DNA from: an uncultured Methanosarcinaceae archaeon
GTDB lineage: Archaea; Halobacteriota; Methanosarcinia; Methanosarcinales; Methanosarcinaceae
DNA: 64,000 bases
Direction: 5' to 3'
Assembly: GCA_963847185.1 (NCBI GenBank)
Contig: CAWJYV010000008.1
Coordinates: 992,001-1,056,000 of the forward strand
Both the position numbers and the translations under genes were made by a program. The notes under the pieces were generated by a model. That model was not told the DNA's origin, did no database searches, and saw nothing but the letters and a program-made list of their open reading frames with translations. How positions within the stretch are numbered: the stretch's first letter is position 1; each line of letters starts with the position of its first letter. This document shows, one piece after another, positions 1 through 8,849 of this stretch.

Positions 1-361
1 AGATTATTTTCTTTTTCTGCATGCCTGAGAATACTCAATAAACTGTAAATCTATATTTGATAGATTTTTATCAATAATTTTTGAAAAGGCATTGAGAGGT
101 GGGATTCTGGAAGTTTCGGGACTATATGCAATTTGTAAATATGCGGCTAAACTTTATGCCTGCCAGATCTGTAGAAGATATGTACGCATCCAATGTATGA
201 ACATAAAAAGGCATCTGTATCTGTTGTGCCAGCGGCAGGGCTGTTTATCCTGCAAATAGCTATGAAGAAAAGGGAGACTTAAGTGGTAAGTCAAATAAAA
301 TTTTTAATAACTTTTTATTGATGAAATTCTCCAGTAAAAATTTTTGTGGACTTCAAGTAAG

Positions 362-1294
362 TTATACAAGCAGGTTTATGGGGTGTCGATCTGCAGGTTC
401 TATATCCAGATCAGCTACAGCCTCAGAAATCATGATATCGCTCATGGCAGCCATAGGGAAAATGTATGGGGCATACTCAATAGGTCCATAAAGGATGAAA
501 TCCCCCGCTGCTGCCTGTTGCAAGCAGGTTGAACCTATATCACAGATCTTATAGAGAACAGGGTCTTTTTCTTTCTTCTGGTTTAGCCAGTTCCAGGCAG
601 ATGGTGCATTGTGGATCCCTGAACCAGTTGGGTATCCCCATTTTGCTTTTGCAGTGATTGTCATTCTGAGGGCTACGCCTGCTCCATCTCCCATAGGAGT
701 GATGCTAGGGTCTATAAGTTTGTTAACTATCCCACAGCTCTCTGCTACTGAAAGAAGCCCTTCTTCCAGAATGCATGCTCCGTTTTCCAGAAGTTCCATT
801 CTGCCCTGAAGAGATGAGTCCATAGCATTAAAGCCAAGGATTATCGAACTATCTATGTCGGATAAGGCAAGAGCTTCCCTTTCTGAAGCGTTTATACTCA
901 TGTTTATGGAGTTATAGATTGCCTTGTCTGCAAGCCCTACCTCACTCACATATTCCGCTGCATGGGCGCGCACAGCTCCCTCAGGGGAATCAATAAGAAA
1001 AGGAGCTTCAGAGATTTCTGCCACAAAATCAATATACTGAGTGATGCTTTTACGGGTAGTACCAAAAATATGGATTATATGAGGATTTCCGGTCTCTTCT
1101 GAAGCGGTTTCCTGTAGATTTACGAGCTTTTCGGCTGCAGCTCGGTCAAACAGGCCTTTTTCAGGGTCTTCCACAATTTCATGCTTATTGTAAAAAATAG
1201 TCCCTGCAAGCACTGTAGGGAGTTCTCCTGGTTGTCCGCCAATTTTAACCCCTGCAATGCTGGCTATTTCCTGCTCTTTCTGAAACTTAAACAT
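362..1294 (-). CDS. mtxH: MtrH-like methyltransferase subunit MtxH
   Basis: GGQPGELPTVLAGTIFY N-terminus, IHNAPSAW and GDFILYGPIE are MtrH-family motifs; third gene of the X-A-H operon. Confidence 0.88.
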   Translation of the reverse strand: MFKFQKEQEIASIAGVKIGGQPGELPTVLAGTIFYNKHEIVEDPEKGLFDRAAAEKLVNLQETASEETGNPHIIHIFGTTRKSITQYIDFVAEISEAPFLIDSPEGAVRAHAAEYVSEVGLADKAIYNSINMSINASEREALALSDIDSSIILGFNAMDSSLQGRMELLENGACILEEGLLSVAESCGIVNKLIDPSITPMGDGAGVALRMTITAKAKWGYPTGSGIHNAPSAWNWLNQKKEKDPVLYKICDIGSTCLQQAAAGDFILYGPIEYAPYIFPMAAMSDIMISEAVADLDIEPADRHPINLLV

Positions 1295-1407
1295 CTCTAC
1301 ACCCTCTAGATTTGTAGTTTAAAGGATTCTCTTTTAAATCACAAAACCTCCATATAAATATAAAGGCTCGTAATATATTTTCAAAGTAAGGCCCCTCAGA
1401 TTAAAAA

Positions 1408-2001
1408 TCAAAGGTTTTCAGCGTGGCAGACAATTCCTGCTGCTGTATCCATGACAAATTCCTCCGAAACTATTACGTCACCTGAGACTGGAACTGTGAA
1501 TGAACTTCGCTTTTTTTTCTGGGAGCAGACAACCATAGGTTCATCCGGGTAAGCTTCATCTTTATCTTTATATTTATTTACAAGCTTGAGGATCTCTTTG
1601 GAGTCTATAAGCCCTATTCTGTCAAGGAGGATTACCTGCTGCTGGAAGCGACTGACTGCTTCTCTGGAGATATTTTCTATGAAAGGGATTGCCCCTTCAG
1701 ATTCAATAATTCTGCCCTGTTCGTCAATTCCATTTGCATGAATAGCCAGCAATGAATGGCCTGCAAGATGACCTCTGGATTCAGCCCCGCAAACAAGAAT
1801 GTATCGGATATTGGAATTTGAAATGATATTTACGATTATTTTTTCTACTCCAAGATTTTCAGTTTTTGCACTTCCCCATATGGCTGCTTGAGGTAAGGGA
1901 TTTATGTGGCTTGCAAGGGTTACAACCGCAATTCGGGATTCAGGGTTTCCTGTTGTATAGTCTCCTTTTACTATCGGCCATGTGTCTGCAATGGTCTTCA
2001 A
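1408..2001 (-). CDS. mtxA: MtrA-like corrinoid protein MtxA (soluble, no C-terminal membrane anchor)
   Basis: WPIVKGDY, KTENLGVEKII, CGAESRGHLAG (His ligand) and GAIPFIEN motifs; TTG start overlaps the mtxX stop. Confidence 0.88.
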   Translation of the reverse strand: MKTIADTWPIVKGDYTTGNPESRIAVVTLASHINPLPQAAIWGSAKTENLGVEKIIVNIISNSNIRYILVCGAESRGHLAGHSLLAIHANGIDEQGRIIESEGAIPFIENISREAVSRFQQQVILLDRIGLIDSKEILKLVNKYKDKDEAYPDEPMVVCSQKKKRSSFTVPVSGDVIVSEEFVMDTAAGIVCHAENL

Positions 2002-2855
2002 AGAATCACCTTTTCCCTTTCCTTATTAAGATGAGAGAGTGCACTTGCAAGCATTATGGCCTTTGTAAAATGTCCACCTACCCTTGAAGTATCAACAAAA
2101 ACGTAATCATCCATCAGCACAGGCGCTCCCAGACCGTCGCCTCCTCCCAGAAAAGCAATGGTCCGAAAGATGAGGTTTCCTGATATCCCATCCGGAGCAA
2201 CTATAAAGTTTGATTCTTTTATGGCATCTTCTATGAGAATGGTGTAATGTTTGGCGTTGATCCCGAGTTCAACAGCTCTCCTCGTTATGAATTCTCCATC
2301 CGCAAGGGTTCTGTCTACTCGCCTGTCCCTTCCTATATCTCCTATCCTGCCACCTGAAAGCACGCCTACTACAGGTTCAATCCCGAATCTCCTTATGTAT
2401 TCGGCACCGAGAGTTACCATGCGGAGCTTGTCTGCAATGGTATTTCCCTCATCAATTCCTACAGGAGCAAGAAAGAAAGGTGTCCCGTCAACTGTCAGGA
2501 GTAAAGCCAACCGACAGATTCTCTTCTTTCCCAAGGCTTCCTTGAGGTGCGAAAGGGCTCCAGATGCTTTTGCAGTGCCCCGAATGACCGCATCGACCTT
2601 TCTTGAGATCAGAAGTTCTGCAAGAACTCTTTCCGGATCGTCGGTATCAACTACCTCAAGCTCCGTTCCTATCTCATCAATTTCTTTTTTACTTCCTACA
2701 AGGACGACCTGTGCATATCCCATTTCCTGGGCTTTCCATGCACTTTCGAGCATTTTGGGGTTTGGATCCCTTATTCCCATAGCCACTTTTGCCCTATTCA
2801 GGCGGGCTCGCGTTTCTATAGCCTCAAGGAGGGCATCCATACTGTTCTTTTGCAT
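1998..2855 (-). CDS. mtxX: MtxX, methanogenesis marker protein (phosphate acetyl/butyryltransferase-like fold)
   Basis: DAVIRG, FFLAPVGIDEG, APDGISGNLIFR and VFVDTSR motifs; start probably the ATG at 2855 (or 2861/2840) rather than 2954. Confidence 0.85.
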   Translation of the reverse strand: MQKNSMDALLEAIETRARLNRAKVAMGIRDPNPKMLESAWKAQEMGYAQVVLVGSKKEIDEIGTELEVVDTDDPERVLAELLISRKVDAVIRGTAKASGALSHLKEALGKKRICRLALLLTVDGTPFFLAPVGIDEGNTIADKLRMVTLGAEYIRRFGIEPVVGVLSGGRIGDIGRDRRVDRTLADGEFITRRAVELGINAKHYTILIEDAIKESNFIVAPDGISGNLIFRTIAFLGGGDGLGAPVLMDDYVFVDTSRVGGHFTKAIMLASALSHLNKEREKVIL

Positions 2856-2924
2856 ATCCATCCTAACTTTTGTATAAGATTTGAAGTAGTTCAAAGGAGT
2901 ACAACCACAATCATTAATTAATCT

Positions 2925-3115
2925 TGTCCTGCCCGAGTTCCGCTTCGGGAGCACGGGGTCTGTTTCGCTTCGCTCAAGCAGACTAGCTTATGGGGTAGAA
3001 TCTTGTCTAACTTCCCGAATTGCACATCAGGGTCGCAGAAAATCGGAAATTTTCTGGGAGTTGCGATGTACTCGCAACAGTACACAGTCCTTTTAGCTTC
3101 ACTCGAGATGACTAA
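2925..3115. repeat. GC-rich intergenic hairpin cluster (REP/MITE-like)
   Basis: GTCTG-tttcgcttcgctcaag-CAGAC (2958-2983), a degenerate second copy at 3086-3113, and the GTTGCGA-tgtac-TCGCAAC hairpin (3060-3078). Confidence 0.5.
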
Positions 3116-3397
3116 TTTTTTGATTTAGTTTTCGTTCACTTTTATTGTTTACATAGACTAAGTCTTAGAGATGTAGTTTTGTTTTTGGTTCAGAGGCTTA
3201 AATATTCTGTGTTTTGTTTTCGTTATTATGCTTCTTTATTAATACTTGAAGTACTTCTAGTGCCTGAGGTGACGGGATTTTTAAGTTACTACTTCAAATG
3301 GCGTTAGGATAGACAGGAGCAAAACCTTTTTACATATGGAAAAAATTAGAACATAAACAGTTAATAATGAGTTCCTTTTTTATTGGTATGGTTTAAG

Positions 3398-5233
3398 ATG
3401 ACGTTGGCAATCGAATGGGCTGAAAAATACCGCCCCCAGAGCCTCAAAGATATTATTGGGAACAAGAAGGCAGTGCAGGATCTGAAGACCTGGGCTGAGG
3501 AATGGCTTTCAGGAATTCCTGAGAAAAGGGCAGTCATTCTCCATGGGTCTGCAGGCGTAGGGAAGACTTCAAGTGTTCACGCTCTTGCCCGGGATCTGGG
3601 CTGGGAAGTGATAGAGCTCAACGCAAGTGATCAGAGGACTGCAGGGGTTATTGAAAGGATCGCAGGATCTGCAGCTTCTATGAGTACTTTTTTCGGAGGA
3701 AAGCGCCTGATCATTCTGGATGAGGCTGACAACATCCACGGGAGTGCAGACAGAGGCGGAATGCGGGCGATTGCAGGACTTATAAAAACTACACTTCAGC
3801 CGATGGTTCTGATTGCAAATGACATCTATGGGCTAACTCCTACTATTCGGAATCTCTGCCTGGAAATCAAGTTCGGATCCATTCAGAGCCGTTCAATGAT
3901 TCCAGTTTTGAAAAAGGTATGCGAGAATGAAGGAGTCCTTTGCAGTCCGGATGCAATCCAGCAGATTGCAGAAAATGCAGGTGGAGACTTGCGAAGTGCA
4001 ATGAATGATCTTCAGGCTTCAGCCAGTGGAAAGGAAGTACTGGAGCTAGAAGATATTAGTACTTCAGGCAGGGATGTCAAAGAAAACATTTTCAAGGCAA
4101 TGCAAAGGATATTCAAGAGCACTGATTGTAAAAAAGCTCTTGGAGTAGCAATCGAACTTGATGAGAGTCCTGAGGATCTTGTGCACTGGATCGATGAAAA
4201 CCTTCCCATCCAGTATGCCAGCAAAGAAGGTGACCTGGGAGACATAAGGACAGGTTTTGAGTTTCTCTCTAAGGCTGACCTCTATCTTGGTCGCGTAAAG
4301 AAACGCCAGAACTATCGGATGTGGAGATATGCCAGCATGCTGATGGTCTGTGGAGCTGTGATTTCAAAGACGAAATCCTACCCCGGATTTATTAAATATC
4401 AGCAGCCTTCTCTCTGGCGGAGGCTTGGACAGACGCGTTCGAAGCGAGACCTGAGGGATAATGTTTCTTCTAAAATTGGTGAGCACAGCTTTGAATCTAT
4501 CCGTTATTCAAGAAATAATCTCCTGAGGCTTTACTCCTGCATGGTAAAGGATGAAAAGACTGCAATTGAAGTTACTGCATTTCTCGGACTTGAACTCGAG
4601 GAATTGATCTACCTTTCCGGAAGTACCAAGCCCAGTAAAAAACTACAGAAAATCTATGATGAAGCGCAGGAACTGCTTCGAGAAGGAAAAGACGATGAAG
4701 AAGAACAGGGTTTCTTCAAGATTCCGGTTTCATCTGAAGATCGCAAACAGGTAACTTTTTGTTCCATAATCCAACGTCCCGAAGAACCAGAGAAAAAAAA
4801 TTCAGATAGTTCTGAGAATTCTGATTTTCGGCTTTCTGAGGGCAAGCAGAGGACCTTCAACTTCAATCTTGATGTTTCTTCTGAGATGTCGGGAGAAAAA
4901 GAGATTTCCGAAAGTAATACACCTGATTCCGTTGTATCTAATCCTCTTTTATCTGATATGCTGGCGTCTGATAGTCCCAAATCTCTGGGAAATAAAGTCT
5001 CCTATCCTTCTGAGCCTCTTGAGAAACAAGCTTTTCTCGGCTCTGAAACCTTGGATGAAAAAGTCTCTTCTGAGCCTCTAAAACAGAAGATGCCTGCAAA
5101 TGATGAACCTGCGGACAATAAGTCTGATATTATTGAGGCCCCGGAACCCAAGTCCTCAGATTTTGAAGTCGAAGCCTCGGGAACTCCTAAAAAAGCCGAA
5201 TTGAAAACTCAAAAAACACTCTTCGATTTCTAA
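3398..5233 (+). CDS. rfcL: Replication factor C large subunit
   Basis: WAEKYRP, Walker [20 protein letters not shown]; C-terminal PIP box QKTLFDF after an acidic disordered tail. Confidence 0.95.
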   Translation: MTLAIEWAEKYRPQSLKDIIGNKKAVQDLKTWAEEWLSGIPEKRAVILHGSAGVGKTSSVHALARDLGWEVIELNASDQRTAGVIERIAGSAASMSTFFGGKRLIILDEADNIHGSADRGGMRAIAGLIKTTLQPMVLIANDIYGLTPTIRNLCLEIKFGSIQSRSMIPVLKKVCENEGVLCSPDAIQQIAENAGGDLRSAMNDLQASASGKEVLELEDISTSGRDVKENIFKAMQRIFKSTDCKKALGVAIELDESPEDLVHWIDENLPIQYASKEGDLGDIRTGFEFLSKADLYLGRVKKRQNYRMWRYASMLMVCGAVISKTKSYPGFIKYQQPSLWRRLGQTRSKRDLRDNVSSKIGEHSFESIRYSRNNLLRLYSCMVKDEKTAIEVTAFLGLELEELIYLSGSTKPSKKLQKIYDEAQELLREGKDDEEEQGFFKIPVSSEDRKQVTFCSIIQRPEEPEKKNSDSSENSDFRLSEGKQRTFNFNLDVSSEMSGEKEISESNTPDSVVSNPLLSDMLASDSPKSLGNKVSYPSEPLEKQAFLGSETLDEKVSSEPLKQKMPANDEPADNKSDIIEAPEPKSSDFEVEASGTPKKAELKTQKTLFDF

Positions 5234-5429
5234 TTTTTTATTTCCTCATTTCTAAATAAATTGTTCTTCTCTAATTGTAGTATCTGTAATTATGTTTTAT
5301 TTCTAATTTATTATTTTTTTCTTTTCCTTTAATATTTGATACAAAAAGTTTTGAAATATACTCTAAAGAATATTCTACTGATCCTATCCATAATCTTTAC
5401 CTGAATAGATTCTGAATACACAAGAATTT

Positions 5430-5507
5430 ATGTGAGCGGATTGACGGGGTTAATAATAAAATAGTCTTAGTGTATATTGGGAATTGGGGACTGGGTCCCG
5501 CTCACAT
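5430..5507 (-). ncRNA. Candidate sRNA copy 1 (GUGAGCGG stem, C-rich loop)
   Basis: ATGTGAGCGG (5430-5439) pairs with CCGCTCACAT (5498-5507); minus-strand TTATAA box at 5528-5533. Confidence 0.55.
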
Positions 5508-5579
5508 GAACCACTTTGTAATTTTTCTTATAAGGATTTTTCCACTTTTTAGTGCTTATTCAATGACGGAGTCCTTACA

Positions 5580-5690
5580 GATAAGACAAATTCTTAACAA
5601 ATGAAGTAATTCAAACAAGTAAAATAAATTCTAAGTAAGCAGGATAAATTTCTAACAAATAAGATAAATTCTAAGTAAGTGGGATAATTC
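5580..5690. repeat. Degenerate ~20-bp tandem repeat (ATAAATTCTAAGTAAG-like)
   Basis: About five imperfect copies lying between hairpin units 1 and 2. Confidence 0.45.
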
Positions 5691-5724
5691 GCAGAAAAGT
5701 TGTGAAGACGAAAACAAGGAGTTT

Positions 5725-5817
5725 GTGAGCGGGTTAGGAGAGTTTTGGGGGAATATTGGGGGAATAGTTGGGGGGATATGGGTTTGGGGTTATACTATGG
5801 AAAAGAGACCCGCTCAC
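5725..5817 (-). ncRNA. Candidate sRNA copy 2
   Basis: GTGAGCGGGT (5725-5734) pairs with ACCCGCTCAC (5808-5817); minus-strand GAAAAAAAC-TATTTATA BRE/TATA at 5841-5857. Confidence 0.6.
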
Positions 5818-6004
5818 TCGACATGAGTACTTATTTATGGTATAAATAGTTTTTTCTTTTATTCGTTTTAATTTATAATTAAGGCTTTATTTGTACAAAT
5901 CAATTGTTTGACATAAAGGTTTCCTTAATTTTGGTTTAAAATCGATAGTTAATATGCAGGATTTACAGCACCGCAAAAAATTATTATTCTTAGAGAAAAT
6001 GGGA

Positions 6005-6077
6005 TGAGCGGGTTGGGGAGTATGAATTGGGGGTGTTGGGGGGTTGGGGTTATCTAACAAAAGAGAGACCCGCTCAC
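6005..6077 (-). ncRNA. Candidate sRNA copy 3
   Basis: TGAGCGGGT (6005-6013) pairs with ACCCGCTCA (6068-6076); minus-strand ATTTATAT box at 6101-6108. Confidence 0.6.
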
Positions 6078-6396
6078 AAGTATTACATCATGCTAGTCAG
6101 ATATAAATATATTTTGCTTGAATTTTTTTGAATAAACACTTTCGGAAGTCTCTATGTAAGAGGAAAACAAACCTTTTTTAAAACGAGGGTAATTTCGTTC
6201 CCTTTCTTATTCTCCTCTATGGCAGAGAGTTCTGATTATATTAGAGAGTCTCGATTATTTCGGGGAGTTTTGATTATATCTGCAAATTAGTCAGTTCTTT
6301 TTTGACAGTTTGTCGCTAACAAAAGACATATATATAACTAGTTACATTTTGGAGTTGCATTTGGAGCATTCCTGCAAATGTGCACAGCGGCAAAAT

Positions 6397-6470
6397 GGGC
6401 TCGTGGTCTAGTCGGTTATGACATCGCCTTTACACGGCGGGGATCCTGAGTTCGAATCTCAGCGGGCCCA
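6397..6470 (+). tRNA. tRNA-Val(TAC)
   Basis: GGGCTCG/CGGGCCC-A acceptor stem, TCGCC-TT-TAC-AC-GGCGG anticodon arm, GTTCGAATC T-loop. Confidence 0.97.
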
Positions 6471-6763
6471 CTCTCTTTATTATCCTTCTTTTCTAATTTT
6501 AAGTGCTTATTGAGCTTCTTTTCTAATGCTTCGACTCTTGCTTCAAGGTCAGATTTTACTTCTGGTTGTGCAACTTTAAGTTCACAGTTAATATTTTCTT
6601 CAAGGGAAATTACATACACAGGTTTACCATTATATTCTGTTTTGAAAATATGGGCAGTTTCTCCAGCAACACTCACTTCAGATTTCGGTAGCCTTACTAA
6701 AGGATATGTAATATGTGATTTTACATTATGTTTCATGACTTTAGACTTGCCTAATAGCTTCAT
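6416..6763 (-). pseudogene. Probable N-terminal fragment (intN) of an SSV1/pTN3-type tyrosine integrase overlapping the tRNA-Val 3' half
   Basis: ATG 6763 preceded by GAGGT; the ORF reads antisense through the tRNA (…GPAEIRTQDPRRVK…), the geometry of split SSV-type integrases; no catalytic domain present. Confidence 0.5.
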
Positions 6764-7710
6764 TTTTTGACCTCTAATCTTTAGAGGCACCGGAGAAAAG
6801 AAACTATGGTAGATTTCTAATAGTGTCTGATCGCGAGCAGTTTCATAGTTGTTTGATCCTATTCAATTTGAAATTAGATATACGATTTTTTTATTTCAGC
6901 TTCTATTCATGATAGCAATCTTTTGTCCTAAAATATTACTATTTCTACTTTTAAGGCCTATTTGGCAATATGTTGAATTTTCTGTAAATCACAAATCTCA
7001 AAAGTTTCTGGGAATAAAATACCGCTACATAAGAACTTAATTCCATGTGGCGAGGAAAATGTTGATTTCAAATTTACAGCAAATTTGCGACACTTACTTA
7101 GAACTACAAAACTGAAATATTAGTTGATAAAAATGGTACAAAATTAAATTCAGTGATACTTTTGACCCAGTCTATTACTAACCAGTGAAAACAGACAAAA
7201 CGTAATCAAAGATCGATAATTATTGAAAAAATTCGAAGTTGAAGTACAAAACTGGGTTACGCGTATGTAAGATATAACCAAAAATAAAAGAAATTAACAA
7301 AATGAAAGAATTTTGGGATAAAACACTTAATTCTTTCATATCTAAATTTTTTGGACATTTCTTCTTCATATATATATCTTTGTATATCCTTCTTTTTGTT
7401 TGCTACTCATTTTTTGTATCTATTCTTCTTCAAGTATCGGATTTTTTTTAAAAAGGCTCAGTTGGATGTGTTTCTCTATCTTCCCCTGACTGTAGACTCT
7501 TTTTCTTTAAAGACAATTGAGAATTTAGTAACTATAATTTTTTTTCTTTATAACTTATCATTTTATATCTCAATGATATGGTTATATAGAAAGGAAAACG
7601 ATAAAGGATTAGAATCTTTGTTACCGATAAAAAAATATGCTTTAAAATCTTTTTAAAGTGTTATTTCTTACAAAGATTATTTTTTTAACTACCGTGGGGG
7701 AGGAGTAAGT

Positions 7711-7938
7711 ATTAAGAGAAGGAGCAGGACTGATATTGCAGTTGATATTTTACGAGTTGCAATGAATGGAGCAAAGAAAACACATATTGTATACGAAGTA
7801 AATCTGAATTTTAATATTGCTCAGAAATACTTGGAAATGCTTAAAGATAAAGAACTTATTAAGCATGAAAACGGACTTTTCATTACTACTGATAAAGGAA
7901 AAGTGTTCCAGGAAATGGCTAAAGAACTTAAGCTTTAA
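7711..7938 (+). CDS. Small winged-helix transcription regulator (COG3432/HTH_45-like), apparent ATT start
   Basis: KRRSRTDIAVDILRVAMNGAKKTHIVYEVNLNF…ITTDKGK; GGAGGAG RBS directly upstream; missed by the ORF track. Confidence 0.8.
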   Translation: MKRRSRTDIAVDILRVAMNGAKKTHIVYEVNLNFNIAQKYLEMLKDKELIKHENGLFITTDKGKVFQEMAKELKL

Positions 7939-8078
7939 GTCCCTTTCTTGCAACTTTTCTACTTTTTCCCATTTTTCTGATTTTTTATGAAAAAGAAACT
8001 TAAAAGGCATCCTTAACAATGTTTCTGATTATTCATGCGTTCCCGTATATATAAATGAAGTTTTGAAACATATCTATT

Positions 8079-8756
8079 ATGGTGAAGGCCCTTCTTTTAA
8101 ATTACACATTAAGAAAACCGCACAGGATTTCGAATGCTGGTGCCTTCATTGACAAAGCTATTGATATTTTATGAGATTTTGGGATTGAAAATGAAATAAT
8201 GAGGGGTATGGATGATAGTGCAGCCTTTGGGATCTTTTCAGATGAAGGGGAAGGCGATAAATGACCTTTGATTCTTGAAAATAATAAAAGCTTACAATAT
8301 TATTATTATTATACCGGTTCCTATTATGGGTTAGTGTACTCTCTTCTGCGGCGAAAATGGTATTTAAGAGGCTGGGTGTAGTTTACATGAAGATATATCT
8401 TAAAACAGGAAAATATTCCCCTTACGGAAAGACCGCAGGAGTTATTGTTGCCAGAAATGAAGAAGTGGGCATGATATCTATTCACCCATAGTCTTCAACC
8501 TCACTTATCCAGGCTGTGCCGTACCTCTAAATGTTGACTGTTATCGGGTTGGTTATGCGGGCTCAGGTCTAAGTTTTCTCGAAACAGGAGGCAACAGAAA
8601 TTTCTCTATATATTGGACAGTATGATGTATGATGCCCAATCTGGTGCACTTGGCAAAGTCTGTCAAAGAAAAATCTATCCTACAAACTAGAAAAGGCTTG
8701 ATGAGAATGAAAAAAAGGCAGAGGCTGAAGCTGACCAGCTAAAGCCACCGCTTTAA
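8079..8756 (+). pseudogene. Decayed flavodoxin-family (NADPH-dependent FMN reductase-like) gene
   Basis: Fragments KALLLNYTLRK, FGIFSDEGEGDK*PLILE, YGKTAGVIVARNEE and NVDCYRVG, with multiple stops and frameshifts. Confidence 0.7.
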
Positions 8757-8849
8757 TTTTTTAAAAATTATTTCGTACTTTCGTTCTGTAATTGGGGATA
8801 TTATTTAACTGACTGGATAAGACTATGATATAATGAAAGGGGGTATTGT

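Noticed and set aside
5430-6110. CRISPR array interpretation of the repeated units
   Set aside because: Repeats are inverted pairs of ~10 bp spaced ~280 bp apart, loops are low-complexity, and there are no cas genes
7351-8019. ORFs 7351-7656 (+) and 7750-8019 (-)
   Set aside because: Phe/Leu/Ile-rich translations of AT-rich DNA; the second is antisense to the real wHTH gene
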